A stretch of DNA of 64,000 nucleotides from Alphaproteobacteria bacterium (GTDB lineage Bacteria; Pseudomonadota; Alphaproteobacteria; CALKHQ01): positions 2,528,001 through 2,592,000 of the forward strand of contig CBDDFZ010000001.1 in NCBI GenBank assembly GCA_965227515.1, read 5' to 3'. A program made the position numbers and the translations under genes. The first letter of the stretch is position 1. Each line of letters opens with the position of its first letter. The notes below the pieces were generated by a model that saw nothing but the letters and a program-made list of their open reading frames with translations, ran no database searches and was not told the origin of the DNA. Positions 1-9,024 of the stretch are shown here, in pieces.

Positions 1-627
1 GGTCTGGCCATCCTGTGAACTGGCCGGTTCGACCAGGGTCGAGAACAGCGTTGCGGCTACCATCCAGAGAACGCCGGCGATGATCAGCACCACGGCGATT
101 GCGCCCACCGATCGCTCGATAATGCCGACCGTCAACAGCGCGCCGAAGGTCAGCACCGCGATGGCCGCCACGGTCGCGGCCGAACCGGTGGCGGTGCCGC
201 GGGTGGCCTTGGCGACGGTCTTGCCGAGCACGTCCTTGTAGCTGACCGAGCAGACGCTGCGCGCAATGGCCAGCACGGCGAGCAGGGCGACGATGCACCA
301 GCCTGCGGCGACACCATCGAGCGTCAACGCGACCACCGCCATGCCGATGGCACAGGCGCCCTGCACCAGGCTGCCGGCCGCCCACACCCATTTGCGCTGC
401 GGCAATCTTTGCAGCCGGGCGGAAATGAACAGTTGCGGCAGCAGCGCGCCGGCCTCGCGCAGCGGGACCAGCAGGCCGACCAGATAGGCGGGAACGCCGA
501 GTGCGCCGAACAGCCAGGAGAGCACCAGCTTGGGGTCGGCCAGGCCGTCGCTGGCCTTGGTGGCGCCCAGGCTGGCGACATGGGTCAGGAAATTGCGCGG
601 CTGGGCCCGCCGCGCATCCTCCGACAT
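1..627 (-). CDS. MFS-type permease (3' end runs off the window)
   Basis: Not in the ORF track; read by hand from CAT at 625-627: MSEDARRAQPRNFLTHVASLGATKASDGLADPKLVLSWLFGALGVPAYLVGLLVPLREAGALLPQL..., several hydrophobic helices, open to base 1. Confidence 0.75.
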   Translation of the reverse strand, partial: MSEDARRAQPRNFLTHVASLGATKASDGLADPKLVLSWLFGALGVPAYLVGLLVPLREAGALLPQLFISARLQRLPQRKWVWAAGSLVQGACAIGMAVVALTLDGVAAGWCIVALLAVLAIARSVCSVSYKDVLGKTVAKATRGTATGSAATVAAIAVLTFGALLTVGIIERSVGAIAVVLIIAGVLWMVAATLFSTLVEPASSQDGQT

Positions 628-756
628 GTCGCTGCCAGCCTGCCGGCCATTCTTGCCGACAAGCAGATCATAGACGGCCGAACCGGCCGAGTCCGATTTC
701 ATGGGCGGGACCCCCTCCCTGGTCCCAAACAGCTACGTCAGGTCGATCCGCTCGGA

Positions 757-1698
757 TCAGTCGCCGCCGGCCAGCTTCTTGGCTTGCGCGATCCACTCCT
801 CGCGTTCGATGCGACCCTTGAAGCTCAACTGGTCGTTGACCCGCTCCACATCCTCCGGCGTGAACGCGGCGATCTGCGCGAACGTGGTGATGCCGAGATC
901 GTGGAGCTTGCCCGACAGCACCTTGCCGATGCCCTTGATGCGGGTCAGGTCGTCCGGCCCGCCCGATGCCGCAGCCGCCGTGGACGGCTTGGATGGCGTA
1001 TCCGGCGTGTTGCCGGGCTTTGCCTCTTCGGCCTCGACCGCGTCCTCGACCTCTTCCGGATCGTCGGAGGAGGCGGGGGGCGTGTCCACACCCACCACCG
1101 GCGCGTCCTTGTCAGCCGCACCGGCGGACGAGCCGGCTTTCTTCGGCGCCGATTTGCTGCCCTTCGCAGTGTCGTCGGCGGCATCGCTCTCGGGCGGCAC
1201 GGCGGAGACCTCGGCCGCCGCGCTGACGCTCGGCACGCTGTCGCCGGGCGGTGGCGGCGTCTGGTCCGGCGGCAGCGGCGGTGTCGACAGGGCGCCAGGC
1301 GACGATGTGTCGGATGCCACCGGCGGGACGGGGTTGCCGCCGCCTTCCGCCACCGCCGTCTCGTGGCGGTCCAGCCGCTGCGACAGGTCGGCGATGGTGG
1401 CCTCGTGCGCGACCACGGTGTCCTGCAGGCTGCCGCACCGCTCGTTGCACGCGGCCAGGGCCTTTTGCGCCTCGTCCAGGTCCGCGCTTGCCTTGGCGAG
1501 GTTCGCCTCGCTGGTATGCAATGCGCTCGTCGCCTTGTCGCGTTCCGCCTGCAGGCCGGTCAGGCGACTGTCATTGATCTGCATCGAATCGACCTGCTCG
1601 CGCCGATAAAACAACCGACACAACAGCCAGCCCGCGATGATGCCCAGCAGGACGCCAATCACCAGCCACATCAGGATTTCCCAGAACACGTAGCCCAC
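757..1698 (-). CDS. Membrane-anchored protein with coiled coil, low-complexity linker and C-terminal helix-hairpin-helix domain
   Basis: N-terminal TM (WEILMWLVIGVLLGIIAGWLL), heptad region, Pro/Ala/Asp linker, C-terminal DDLTRIKGIG...LHDLGITTFAQIAAFT...FKGRIEREEWIAQAKKLA. Confidence 0.75.
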   Translation of the reverse strand: MGYVFWEILMWLVIGVLLGIIAGWLLCRLFYRREQVDSMQINDSRLTGLQAERDKATSALHTSEANLAKASADLDEAQKALAACNERCGSLQDTVVAHEATIADLSQRLDRHETAVAEGGGNPVPPVASDTSSPGALSTPPLPPDQTPPPPGDSVPSVSAAAEVSAVPPESDAADDTAKGSKSAPKKAGSSAGAADKDAPVVGVDTPPASSDDPEEVEDAVEAEEAKPGNTPDTPSKPSTAAAASGGPDDLTRIKGIGKVLSGKLHDLGITTFAQIAAFTPEDVERVNDQLSFKGRIEREEWIAQAKKLAGGD

Positions 1699-1751
1699 CT
1701 CTGTGTTTCCCGTTGATCCAATATCGCGTTGTCGTCCCGGCGAGACGCGCC

Positions 1752-3230
1752 CTAGGGCAGTACCTGGAACTCGATCCGCCGGTTGGTCGCCCGTCCGTCA
1801 GCCGAGGTGTTGTCGGCAATCGGGATGTCGGCACCGTAGCCGACCGCAATAATGCGCTCAGACGGCACACCGCGCAAATTGAGATAGGCCAGCACCGTGT
1901 CCGACCAGGCGTCGCTGACGCTCTGGTCGCGTGCCTGGTCCTCGGTGGCGTCGACGTGCCCGCTGATTTGCACCTGGGTGTCGTCGGGGCAACGACGCAG
2001 GGCCAGGGCCACCTCGTCGAGCCGTTCGCTGGCCGCCGGCAGCAGGATGTCGCTATCCTCTACGAACGTGTCATCGGCGGCGAGGGTCAGCTCGGACAAT
2101 GCCGCCTGGCAGCCTTCGGCATTGGTCCGATCCGCCTCGGCGATGTCGGGGATCGGCAGCGTGCGCGCCAGCTCGAACATCGCATCGTTGTTGCGCGGGG
2201 CGGTGGCGCCGATTTCCTCGGCGGTGCCGATATTGGCGACCACCGGCACGATGGCGGCGCCGGGCTGCTGGAACGCGGACTCCAGCGCGGACCGCACGAT
2301 GTCGGCCATCATCGGATCGGCAACCACGCCGGTGACGCGCAGCTCGGTGCCGGTCAGCTCGGCGATGCCGGTGTCCAAGCTGCCGAACTGGCGCACCATC
2401 AGGTCGGTCAGGTCCTGCCAGCCCTCCATGACGTTGCCGGGCACCACGACCAGCCGGTCGACCACCTGAACGCCGCTGGCCTGCCGGCGCGCCAGTTCCA
2501 TCAGCCTGTTGCGCTCCTCGGCGTTGGGTACCTCGCCGCTCAGCTCCAGCATTGCGGCACTGCGTTCGATGGTCAGCGGGAACACGCGCGGCGGCGACAC
2601 CTGAACGTTCGCGCGCACCGTCACCAGCCCGGAATAGTCGGCGAACGCCTCCTCGATGGCGGCGTTGGTGCGCTGGTCGATGGAAAGCCCCTCGGCGACG
2701 ATGCCGTTGTTGGCGATGACGATCTCGCCCTCCAGCAGGGCGGCGGCCTGCGCGATCAGCAGCCCGACGATCTCCTCATGCTCGGGAAACGGGCGCCCCG
2801 GGGCGACGGTCAGCTCGTGCTCGACTGCGTCGGTGCCGACGGCCTCGCGCGCCATCTCGACCACCCGGTCGGCGAAGTCCTGGTCCGGCACCTCGCCGGT
2901 AATGCGCATGAGGTCGGGCGCGCGCTTGATGACCATGGCGTAGGTGCGATAGGGCTCGACCACCGCCTCCGACACCACCTCGTCGACGCCGTCGACGGCC
3001 AGCACCAGGGCCTCCGCCGTCGCGACCTCGTCAGCGCTCGCCGCGGTGCCGCTGATGGTGACGACATGCTCGTCGGTCTCGGTCGACGCCCATTGCTGGC
3101 CGCCTTCGGCCAGCGCCTGCGCCGCGGCCAGGTTGATCTTGGCCTCGATCCTCGGGATCTCGATCAGCGGCACCGCCACGAGCAGGGCCGCGATCAGCAA
3201 GCCGACGATGGCCAGAGCTATGCCATGCAT
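1752..3230 (-). CDS. BON-domain/OmpA-C-like domain membrane protein (ArfA/Rv0899-like)
   Basis: N-terminal TM, repeated BON-like units (VTISGTA, ITGEVPD, LSGEVPN), C-terminal ISGHVD...IIAVGYGADIPIADN...GRATNRRIEF; start moved to MHGIALAIV. Confidence 0.8.
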   Translation of the reverse strand: MHGIALAIVGLLIAALLVAVPLIEIPRIEAKINLAAAQALAEGGQQWASTETDEHVVTISGTAASADEVATAEALVLAVDGVDEVVSEAVVEPYRTYAMVIKRAPDLMRITGEVPDQDFADRVVEMAREAVGTDAVEHELTVAPGRPFPEHEEIVGLLIAQAAALLEGEIVIANNGIVAEGLSIDQRTNAAIEEAFADYSGLVTVRANVQVSPPRVFPLTIERSAAMLELSGEVPNAEERNRLMELARRQASGVQVVDRLVVVPGNVMEGWQDLTDLMVRQFGSLDTGIAELTGTELRVTGVVADPMMADIVRSALESAFQQPGAAIVPVVANIGTAEEIGATAPRNNDAMFELARTLPIPDIAEADRTNAEGCQAALSELTLAADDTFVEDSDILLPAASERLDEVALALRRCPDDTQVQISGHVDATEDQARDQSVSDAWSDTVLAYLNLRGVPSERIIAVGYGADIPIADNTSADGRATNRRIEFQVLP

Positions 3231-3403
3231 GCCAACGTGACTCCGCGGTCCCGAACACCTGAGCCTTCGCCCGACGCTTGCCCTTCGCGCGCCTGTCGGG
3301 GCAGGGAATCGGCCCGTCGCGCGCGATGGCGTTGGACCATCATTGCCCGGCGGGTATGATCGGTCAAATCCGCACATTGGCAATGCGATGCAAAGGAGTA
3401 GCG

Positions 3404-4099
3404 ATGACGGCAAGGTTGATGCGCCGCGCAACGACGGCCCTGGCGGCACTGACAGGTACGGCCATTCTGGCGCTGTCCGGGCAAGAGGCACGGGCGCAGC
3501 AGCCCGACCTGACGATAGGCGAGATGGAGCTGCTGCGCGGGCCCGACTCCGGTGGCGACTGGTACGGCTACCGGGCCAGCAACCGCCATTTTCTGATCAA
3601 CGACGTCTCCGACGAGGGCCTCTATCGCTACTACTTCCGCCATGCCGACTTCCTGCGCGCGTTCACCATCAACGCCGACATACTGGAATTCGGGGGGCGG
3701 ACGCGGATCGGCGTGTTCTGCTGCGACCAGGGCGACGGCTCAGCCTACTTCGCCTATCTGCTCGATGCCGACGGGTCCGTCTCCGGCTGGGAGGTCGATC
3801 CCCAGGGCGGCCAGCTCAATATCGCCCAGGAACTGGGTGACGGACACATTGTGGCCGACGGGACGTGGTTCGAGATGACCGAAACACCGAACGGCATGGA
3901 AATCGCGATCAACGGCAACACGTTCTCGAGCTGGTCGTCGCCGGACCTGAGAATGGGACAGGCGGGGCTGATCGTCTGGGGCACCGGTATCTTCGCGGTC
4001 GACACATTCGACATCTATGTGCTGCCCGACGACCAGCCCGATCTGCCGCAAGAAGTGCCGCCGGAACCCGAACCCGGCGGCTCGACCTTGTTCCGCTAG
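3404..4099 (+). CDS. Exported hypothetical protein, beta-rich (possibly ConA/DUF1080-like fold)
   Basis: AAGGAG RBS before ATG 3404; signal peptide ending ARA-QQ; acidic beta-strand-like pattern. Confidence 0.55.
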   Translation: MTARLMRRATTALAALTGTAILALSGQEARAQQPDLTIGEMELLRGPDSGGDWYGYRASNRHFLINDVSDEGLYRYYFRHADFLRAFTINADILEFGGRTRIGVFCCDQGDGSAYFAYLLDADGSVSGWEVDPQGGQLNIAQELGDGHIVADGTWFEMTETPNGMEIAINGNTFSSWSSPDLRMGQAGLIVWGTGIFAVDTFDIYVLPDDQPDLPQEVPPEPEPGGSTLFR

Positions 4100-4147
4100 C
4101 TGGTTCTTCGCTTACGCTAGGTTGGCACAGATCAACTGAAGAGCGTC

Positions 4148-4684
4148 TTAGTTTGGCTGGCTGCTGAGCGCCGCCGCTGCAATTGTTTGGACGGCCTTGG
4201 CGACAACCGGGTCGGCGCCACCTGACGGCTGGAGGTAGGCCTCGATTGCCCGCGCCAACGTCTCCGGCGACGCGGGGGGATGGGTCGGGCCGGGCGGTGC
4301 GAGCACGCTGCCCAGCATCTCGAGTTCGATGAACTCGGCCGACAGCTCCGCCTTCTTGATCGCGCCGCGCAGCTCGCCTCTGGCCGCCGTGTCGGCGCGC
4401 GGCTTCAGCCAACGCCGCGCGCCGCGCAGGGGCAGGACCACATTGGTCCGCCAGTCCGCGCTCGCGTCCGTCAGGCGGGCGAGCGTGTCCCGGTCGGACA
4501 CGTCGTTGCCGTTCCGGGCGGCCCAGCACAGGGCCAGCACCACACAGACGTCGGCGTCGCACCGGTCCTGCAGCAGCAGGCAGGCGTCGGCGACGCCGGG
4601 TTGGCCGTAGAGCGCGGTTGCGAAACCGATGATGTCCGGGGGCGTTGCGGACCCGCCAGCGGCGTCCTCAGACCTCGCCGACAT
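4148..4684 (-). CDS. TIGR02444/DUF2390 family protein
   Basis: FATALYGQPGVADACLLLQDRCDADVCVVL...WRTNVVLPLRGARRWLK...IKKAELSAE signature. Confidence 0.8.
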   Translation of the reverse strand: MSARSEDAAGGSATPPDIIGFATALYGQPGVADACLLLQDRCDADVCVVLALCWAARNGNDVSDRDTLARLTDASADWRTNVVLPLRGARRWLKPRADTAARGELRGAIKKAELSAEFIELEMLGSVLAPPGPTHPPASPETLARAIEAYLQPSGGADPVVAKAVQTIAAAALSSQPN

Positions 4685-5759
4685 AGATGCCGAGCCCGCG
4701 CGCGGTGCGGATCAGCGCGCCCTTCGGGTCCACCGCCTGGTAGCTGGCAATCGCATCCGGGATCGGCACGTCGACCACGTCACGGTTCTGCCACGCCACC
4801 ATGCGGTCGAACTTGCCTTCCGCGATCAGGTCGACCGCATGCACACCGAAGGCGGCGGCGACCATCCGGTCCGACGCGCTGGGCTGACCGCCGCGCTGGA
4901 CATGGCCCAGCACGGTGACCCGGGTTTCGGCCCCGGTGAGTTCGGAGATCTGCTCGCCGAGGTATTCGCCGACGCCGCCGTAGCGCACCTCGCCGTGCGA
5001 TTGCTGCTTGGTGATGCGCTCGCCGGATTCGCTGCGCACCGATTCCGCGCAGACCACCAGGGCGAAGTTGCGGCCCTGCGACTGCACCTGGCGAATGTGC
5101 TCGGCCATGTTTTCCAGGTTGTACTTGATCTCCGGGATCAGCACGACGTCCGCGCCGCCGGCGATGCCGGCGCCGAGTGCGATGTGGCCGGCGTCGCGCC
5201 CCATCAGCTCCAGGATCATCACCCGGTCGTGGCTGGCCGCGGTGGGCTGCAGGCGGTCCAGCGCCTCGGTCGCCACGTCGACGGCGGTGGCGTAACCGAT
5301 GGAAACCTCGGTCAGGCCGACGTCGTTGTCGATGGTCTTCGGGATCGCGACCATGTTGAGGCCGCCCTGTTGCGCCAGCTTGCGCAAGATATCCTGGCTG
5401 CCGTCACCGCCGATCACGATCAGCGCGTCCAGGCCCAGTTCGCGGTAGCCGCCGATCACTTCCTCCGACCGGTCCTTGCGGGTGCCGTCGGGCATGGGGA
5501 ACGCGAACGGGTCGCCGGTGTTGGTGGTGCCCAGGATAGTGCCGCCCATGCGGATGACCTGGCCATCGAAGTCGGCCAGGGTCAGGCGGCGATACGCCAC
5601 CGGGCGTTCCATCAGCCCGCGCGTGCCCTGCTTGATGCCGACAACCTGCCAATCGTAGGCGGTGATGGCGCGATAGACGCACGCCCGTATCACCGCGTTC
5701 AGGCCGGCGCAGTCGCCGCCGCTGGTCAAGATGCCGATGCGCTTGCTCATAGGCGTCAT
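4668..5759 (-). CDS. pfkA: ATP-dependent 6-phosphofructokinase (group III type)
   Basis: GILTSGGDCAGLNA, GGTILGT, GGDGS, PKTIDND, MGRDAG, LGHVQRGG motifs. Confidence 0.93.
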   Translation of the reverse strand: MTPMSKRIGILTSGGDCAGLNAVIRACVYRAITAYDWQVVGIKQGTRGLMERPVAYRRLTLADFDGQVIRMGGTILGTTNTGDPFAFPMPDGTRKDRSEEVIGGYRELGLDALIVIGGDGSQDILRKLAQQGGLNMVAIPKTIDNDVGLTEVSIGYATAVDVATEALDRLQPTAASHDRVMILELMGRDAGHIALGAGIAGGADVVLIPEIKYNLENMAEHIRQVQSQGRNFALVVCAESVRSESGERITKQQSHGEVRYGGVGEYLGEQISELTGAETRVTVLGHVQRGGQPSASDRMVAAAFGVHAVDLIAEGKFDRMVAWQNRDVVDVPIPDAIASYQAVDPKGALIRTARGLGIYVGEV

Positions 5760-5955
5760 TCCTTTGTGCGGGGCCGCTGCTTGCGACGCCGTACGGTGAT
5801 TGCAACCGGTGCCGTGTTGGCCTTATCCTGCCCGCGGCCGCAGGACTGCGCGGCCTTTGCTCGTTCTGCTCGGCCCGATATCCATTGCCGATGGTGGTTG
5901 GTCGCGCGGCGCACCCGAAGGCCCGCCCATGATTTTTCGCGCGACGACTTGCGTT

Positions 5956-6045
5956 CCTGATTGCCCGTGGCCCGAATGCCCCGGGTCAGATTTCCCCGAG
6001 TCCGACTTTCCCGAGTCCGATTTCCTTGTGCCTGAATGACCGAGG
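5956..6045 (+). repeat. Degenerate 15-bp tandem repeat, about 6 units
   Basis: cctgattgcccgtgg / cccgaatgccccggg / tcagatttccccgag / tccgactttcccgag / tccgatttccttgtg / cctgaatgaccgagg. Confidence 0.7.
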
Positions 6046-6275
6046 ACCAGACCGACGACCCGCAAGAGCCGGATGGGCTGAGCCCGGAAGGGGTCGCTAC
6101 GCGGTTGGCCAACCTGCGCCAGGAACACCGCGAGCTGGACGAAACCATTGCGCGTATAACCGAAGCCGGCAGTTTCGATCAACTGGAAGTCCAGCGCCTG
6201 AAAAAGAAAAAACTGCAATTGCGCGACGAGATCGCGGTGCTGGCGAGCAGGGGCTACCCCGACATCATCGCCTGA
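6036..6275 (+). CDS. DUF465 (YdcH family) small coiled-coil protein
   Basis: LRQEHRELDETIARI...DQLEVQRLKKKKLQLRDEI...PDIIA. Confidence 0.88.
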   Translation: MTEDQTDDPQEPDGLSPEGVATRLANLRQEHRELDETIARITEAGSFDQLEVQRLKKKKLQLRDEIAVLASRGYPDIIA

Positions 6276-6305
6276 TCCTGATCTAGCATCGCCGGGGAGA
6301 CCGCC

Positions 6306-7169
6306 TTGAACATCGTAACCGACGTCATTCTGCCGATTGCGCTCGCCTTCATCATGTTCGCGCTGGGCCTGGGCCTGACGTTCCAGGACTTCGCGCGGGT
6401 GGCCAAGCGGCCGCGCGACTTCATCGTCGGCGCGGCATCGCAGCTCATCCTGCTGCCGCTGGTGGCATGGCTGCTGGTCAGCATCTGGCCGATGCAGCCG
6501 GAGCTGGCGCTCGGCGTCATGATCATTGCAGCGGCCCCCGGCGGCGTCACCTCCAACATCCTCACCGCGTTCGCGCGCGGCGACGTGGCGTTGTCGATCT
6601 CGCTGACCGCGGTCATCAGCCTGGTTTGCGTCATCACCGTGCCGCTGATCGTGGTGTTCGCCTATGGCGAGCTGGTGGGCGCCGACGCGGACTCCGACAT
6701 CTCGGTCACCGGCACCGCGCTCAGCGTGTTCGTCATCGTCACCGTGCCGGTGGTGCTCGGGCTCCTGGTGCGCCGCTTCGCCGAGACGTTCGCGCTGAGG
6801 TTCGAGAAGATCGCCCGCCACATCTCCACCGGCCTGTTCATGCTGGTGCTGGCGGGCGCCATCTATACCGAGCGCGACAATATCGTCGGCTATTTCGCCG
6901 AGGCCGGGCTGGTCACCCTGGTGCTGAACGTGGCGATGATGGTGCTGGCCTACCTGCTGGCCTGGGCGCTGGCCAGCGGCGTGCGCCAGCGGATCGCGAT
7001 CTCCATCGAGTGCGGCCTGCAGAACGGCACCCTGGCAATCGCGGTCGCGGCCCTGTTGTTCGAGGGCGGGCTGACCGTGGTGCCGGCCAGCACCTACAGC
7101 CTGATCATGTTCGCCACCGCGTTGATTTTCATCGCCTTCATCCGCCGCACGGTGCCTGCGGAGGCGTAG
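6306..7169 (+). CDS. Bile acid:sodium symporter family transporter
   Basis: IMFALGLGL, APGGVTSN, GDVALSISLT, IECGLQNGTLA motifs; TTG start after GGAGA. Confidence 0.92.
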   Translation: MNIVTDVILPIALAFIMFALGLGLTFQDFARVAKRPRDFIVGAASQLILLPLVAWLLVSIWPMQPELALGVMIIAAAPGGVTSNILTAFARGDVALSISLTAVISLVCVITVPLIVVFAYGELVGADADSDISVTGTALSVFVIVTVPVVLGLLVRRFAETFALRFEKIARHISTGLFMLVLAGAIYTERDNIVGYFAEAGLVTLVLNVAMMVLAYLLAWALASGVRQRIAISIECGLQNGTLAIAVAALLFEGGLTVVPASTYSLIMFATALIFIAFIRRTVPAEA

Positions 7170-7208
7170 GGGGGGGCTGAACCAACTGGCCAGGCTGAAA
7201 CTCGCTTT

Positions 7209-7397
7209 GTCGCCCTCGCCGCCAATCACGAATCTTGGGTGGCGAGGGCCCATGGATGTGCAGGGCTGGAGACAAGCCTGAATGGTTCGATTTACGAAGT
7301 ATGTGGCGCGACAGTCGACCGCCACCAACACCGTGTTTCGTACCAAATATCGAAGCGCTGGACATGAATGGGTCCTCGCCACAAGGGCGAGGACGAC
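7209..7397. repeat. Family-1 REP doublet (REPIN/BIME-like), copy A
   Basis: Inverted arms gtcgccctcgcc...ggcgagggcccat and atgggtcctcgccacaagggcgaggacgac; between convergent genes. Confidence 0.85.
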
Positions 7398-7407
7398 GGT
7401 GAGGTTG

Positions 7408-7833
7408 CTAAGCCGGCGCGTCCTCGAAGGTGACGTTGTCGGCCACGAACGCCACGTAGCCGGCCAGCGCGCCGGCGAAGTCGAACGGCTTCTCGTACGA
7501 CCAGGCGAAGCTTTCCAGCCGCAGGGCGCCGTCGTCGTCCATCAGGTCGAAATACGATGCATCGCCCTTCAGCGGGCAGTGGGTGCTGCGCTGGTTGCGG
7601 CGCAGTGGCGCGATCACGTCGCCGGCCGGCACATAGACCACCGGGTCGTAGACGTCCTTGCCGACCTCCAGCACCCTCAGCGCATGCGCGGTCTCGGCCA
7701 GCAACTCGCCGCCGATGCGAATGCGCTGGCGGCGCGCCAGCGGCTTGATGCGCATGAAATGGCGCGGTTCGGCCGGGTTGTGGATGGTCTCGGCCGAGAA
7801 CGTGACGTCGGCCCGGCTCATGGCGTGGCTCAT
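7408..7833 (-). CDS. DUF427 family protein
   Basis: LLAETAHALRVLE, PVVYVPAGDV, STHCPLKGDASYF, AWSYEKP motifs. Confidence 0.88.
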   Translation of the reverse strand: MSHAMSRADVTFSAETIHNPAEPRHFMRIKPLARRQRIRIGGELLAETAHALRVLEVGKDVYDPVVYVPAGDVIAPLRRNQRSTHCPLKGDASYFDLMDDDGALRLESFAWSYEKPFDFAGALAGYVAFVADNVTFEDAPA

Positions 7834-8900
7834 GATATGGCCCTCCTATCTTCCGTTGTCGTGCGCGAGGCGGCTTCCGGCGCCACCGCCTGGAACCGCT
7901 TGCGGTACTCGTGCGGCGTGGTGCCGACCGTCTTCTTGAACAGGCGGCGGAACGAGCTGGCGTCCTCGTAGCCGACCGCCATCGCGACGGCGTCGACCGG
8001 GTCGGACGTGGTCTCCAGCATCTGCTTGGCCTCCTCGATCCTGAGGGTCTGGATGTAGTCGATGGGCGCGTAACCGGTAGCGTTGCGGAAGCGCCGCTTG
8101 AAGGTGCGGTCGGTGAGCCCGGAGCGTTGCGTGACCTGCTGGACCGGATTGGCGCGCTCGTAGTTCTGCGCAATCCAGGTCTGGCACTGGGCGATCACCG
8201 CGTCGTCGTGCTGGGTCGGCCGCACCATGGCGGCGAACGGCCGCTGGCCGTTGCTGCGGTCGCCGAACAGGAAGATCTTGGCGATGCGCCGCGCCTCCTC
8301 GTCGCCGCAGAACCGGGCGACCAGATAGAGCGAAAGGTCGGTCCACGACGCCGATCCGCCGGAGGTGACGATGTCGTGCGACGGGCCGGACGGCACCAGC
8401 ACACGCTCCGGCTTCAACCGCACATCGGGGAACAGCCGGCGGAAATGCATCTCCGCGCTCCAGTGGGATGTGGCCTCGCGGCTGTCCAGCAGGCCGGCCT
8501 CGGCCAGCAGCAGCGAGCCGGTGCACACGGAGCAGACGATTGCACCCCGCGCATGCTGGTCCAGGATCCAGCCAATCGCCGCCGGCCAGCGGCCATGCAG
8601 ATCGGCGTTCGGTTCCAGCGACAGATCGCTGACGATGACGATGTCGTAGCGCAACGCATCGTCGAACGTGCGGTCGGCCACCAGCGTCGCCCCCATCGCC
8701 GTGCGCATCGGGTCCAGCGACGCGCCGACGAGGCGCGGTGTCATCCGCCGCGTCTCCGTCTTTTCGCCGGTCAGCGACTCCCACACCGTGCCGACGCAGG
8801 CGAAGACCTCGTGCATGCCATAGGTGACGGCGGCCGAGCACTCCGGCAGGGCGACCAGGCCGACGGTCAGGTTTCGCTGTGGCAGATGCGATACGGGCAC
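7830..8900 (-). CDS. GlxA-family (DJ-1/PfpI + AraC) transcriptional regulator
   Basis: SVCTGSLLLAEAGLLD..ATSHW, TSGG, C-terminal RTFKRRF...RIEEAKQMLE...VGYEDASSFRRLFKK..G.TP.EYR. Confidence 0.92.
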   Translation of the reverse strand: MPVSHLPQRNLTVGLVALPECSAAVTYGMHEVFACVGTVWESLTGEKTETRRMTPRLVGASLDPMRTAMGATLVADRTFDDALRYDIVIVSDLSLEPNADLHGRWPAAIGWILDQHARGAIVCSVCTGSLLLAEAGLLDSREATSHWSAEMHFRRLFPDVRLKPERVLVPSGPSHDIVTSGGSASWTDLSLYLVARFCGDEEARRIAKIFLFGDRSNGQRPFAAMVRPTQHDDAVIAQCQTWIAQNYERANPVQQVTQRSGLTDRTFKRRFRNATGYAPIDYIQTLRIEEAKQMLETTSDPVDAVAMAVGYEDASSFRRLFKKTVGTTPHEYRKRFQAVAPEAASRTTTEDRRAIS

Positions 8901-9024
8901 GAATCGCAGATTGGCATATTTGGCCTGTTTCTGTCCATTTTGCTTCTAACGGTTCGGTCTGGATTTCCCCACATATCGCCCTCTCAGCGCTGCAACCGGG
9001 CAGCGCACGACAGTGGAGGACGAC

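Noticed and set aside
4668-5759. PPi-dependent phosphofructokinase
   Set aside because: GGDGS has Gly at the specificity position (Asp in PPi enzymes), consistent with ATP use despite the PKTIDND Lys
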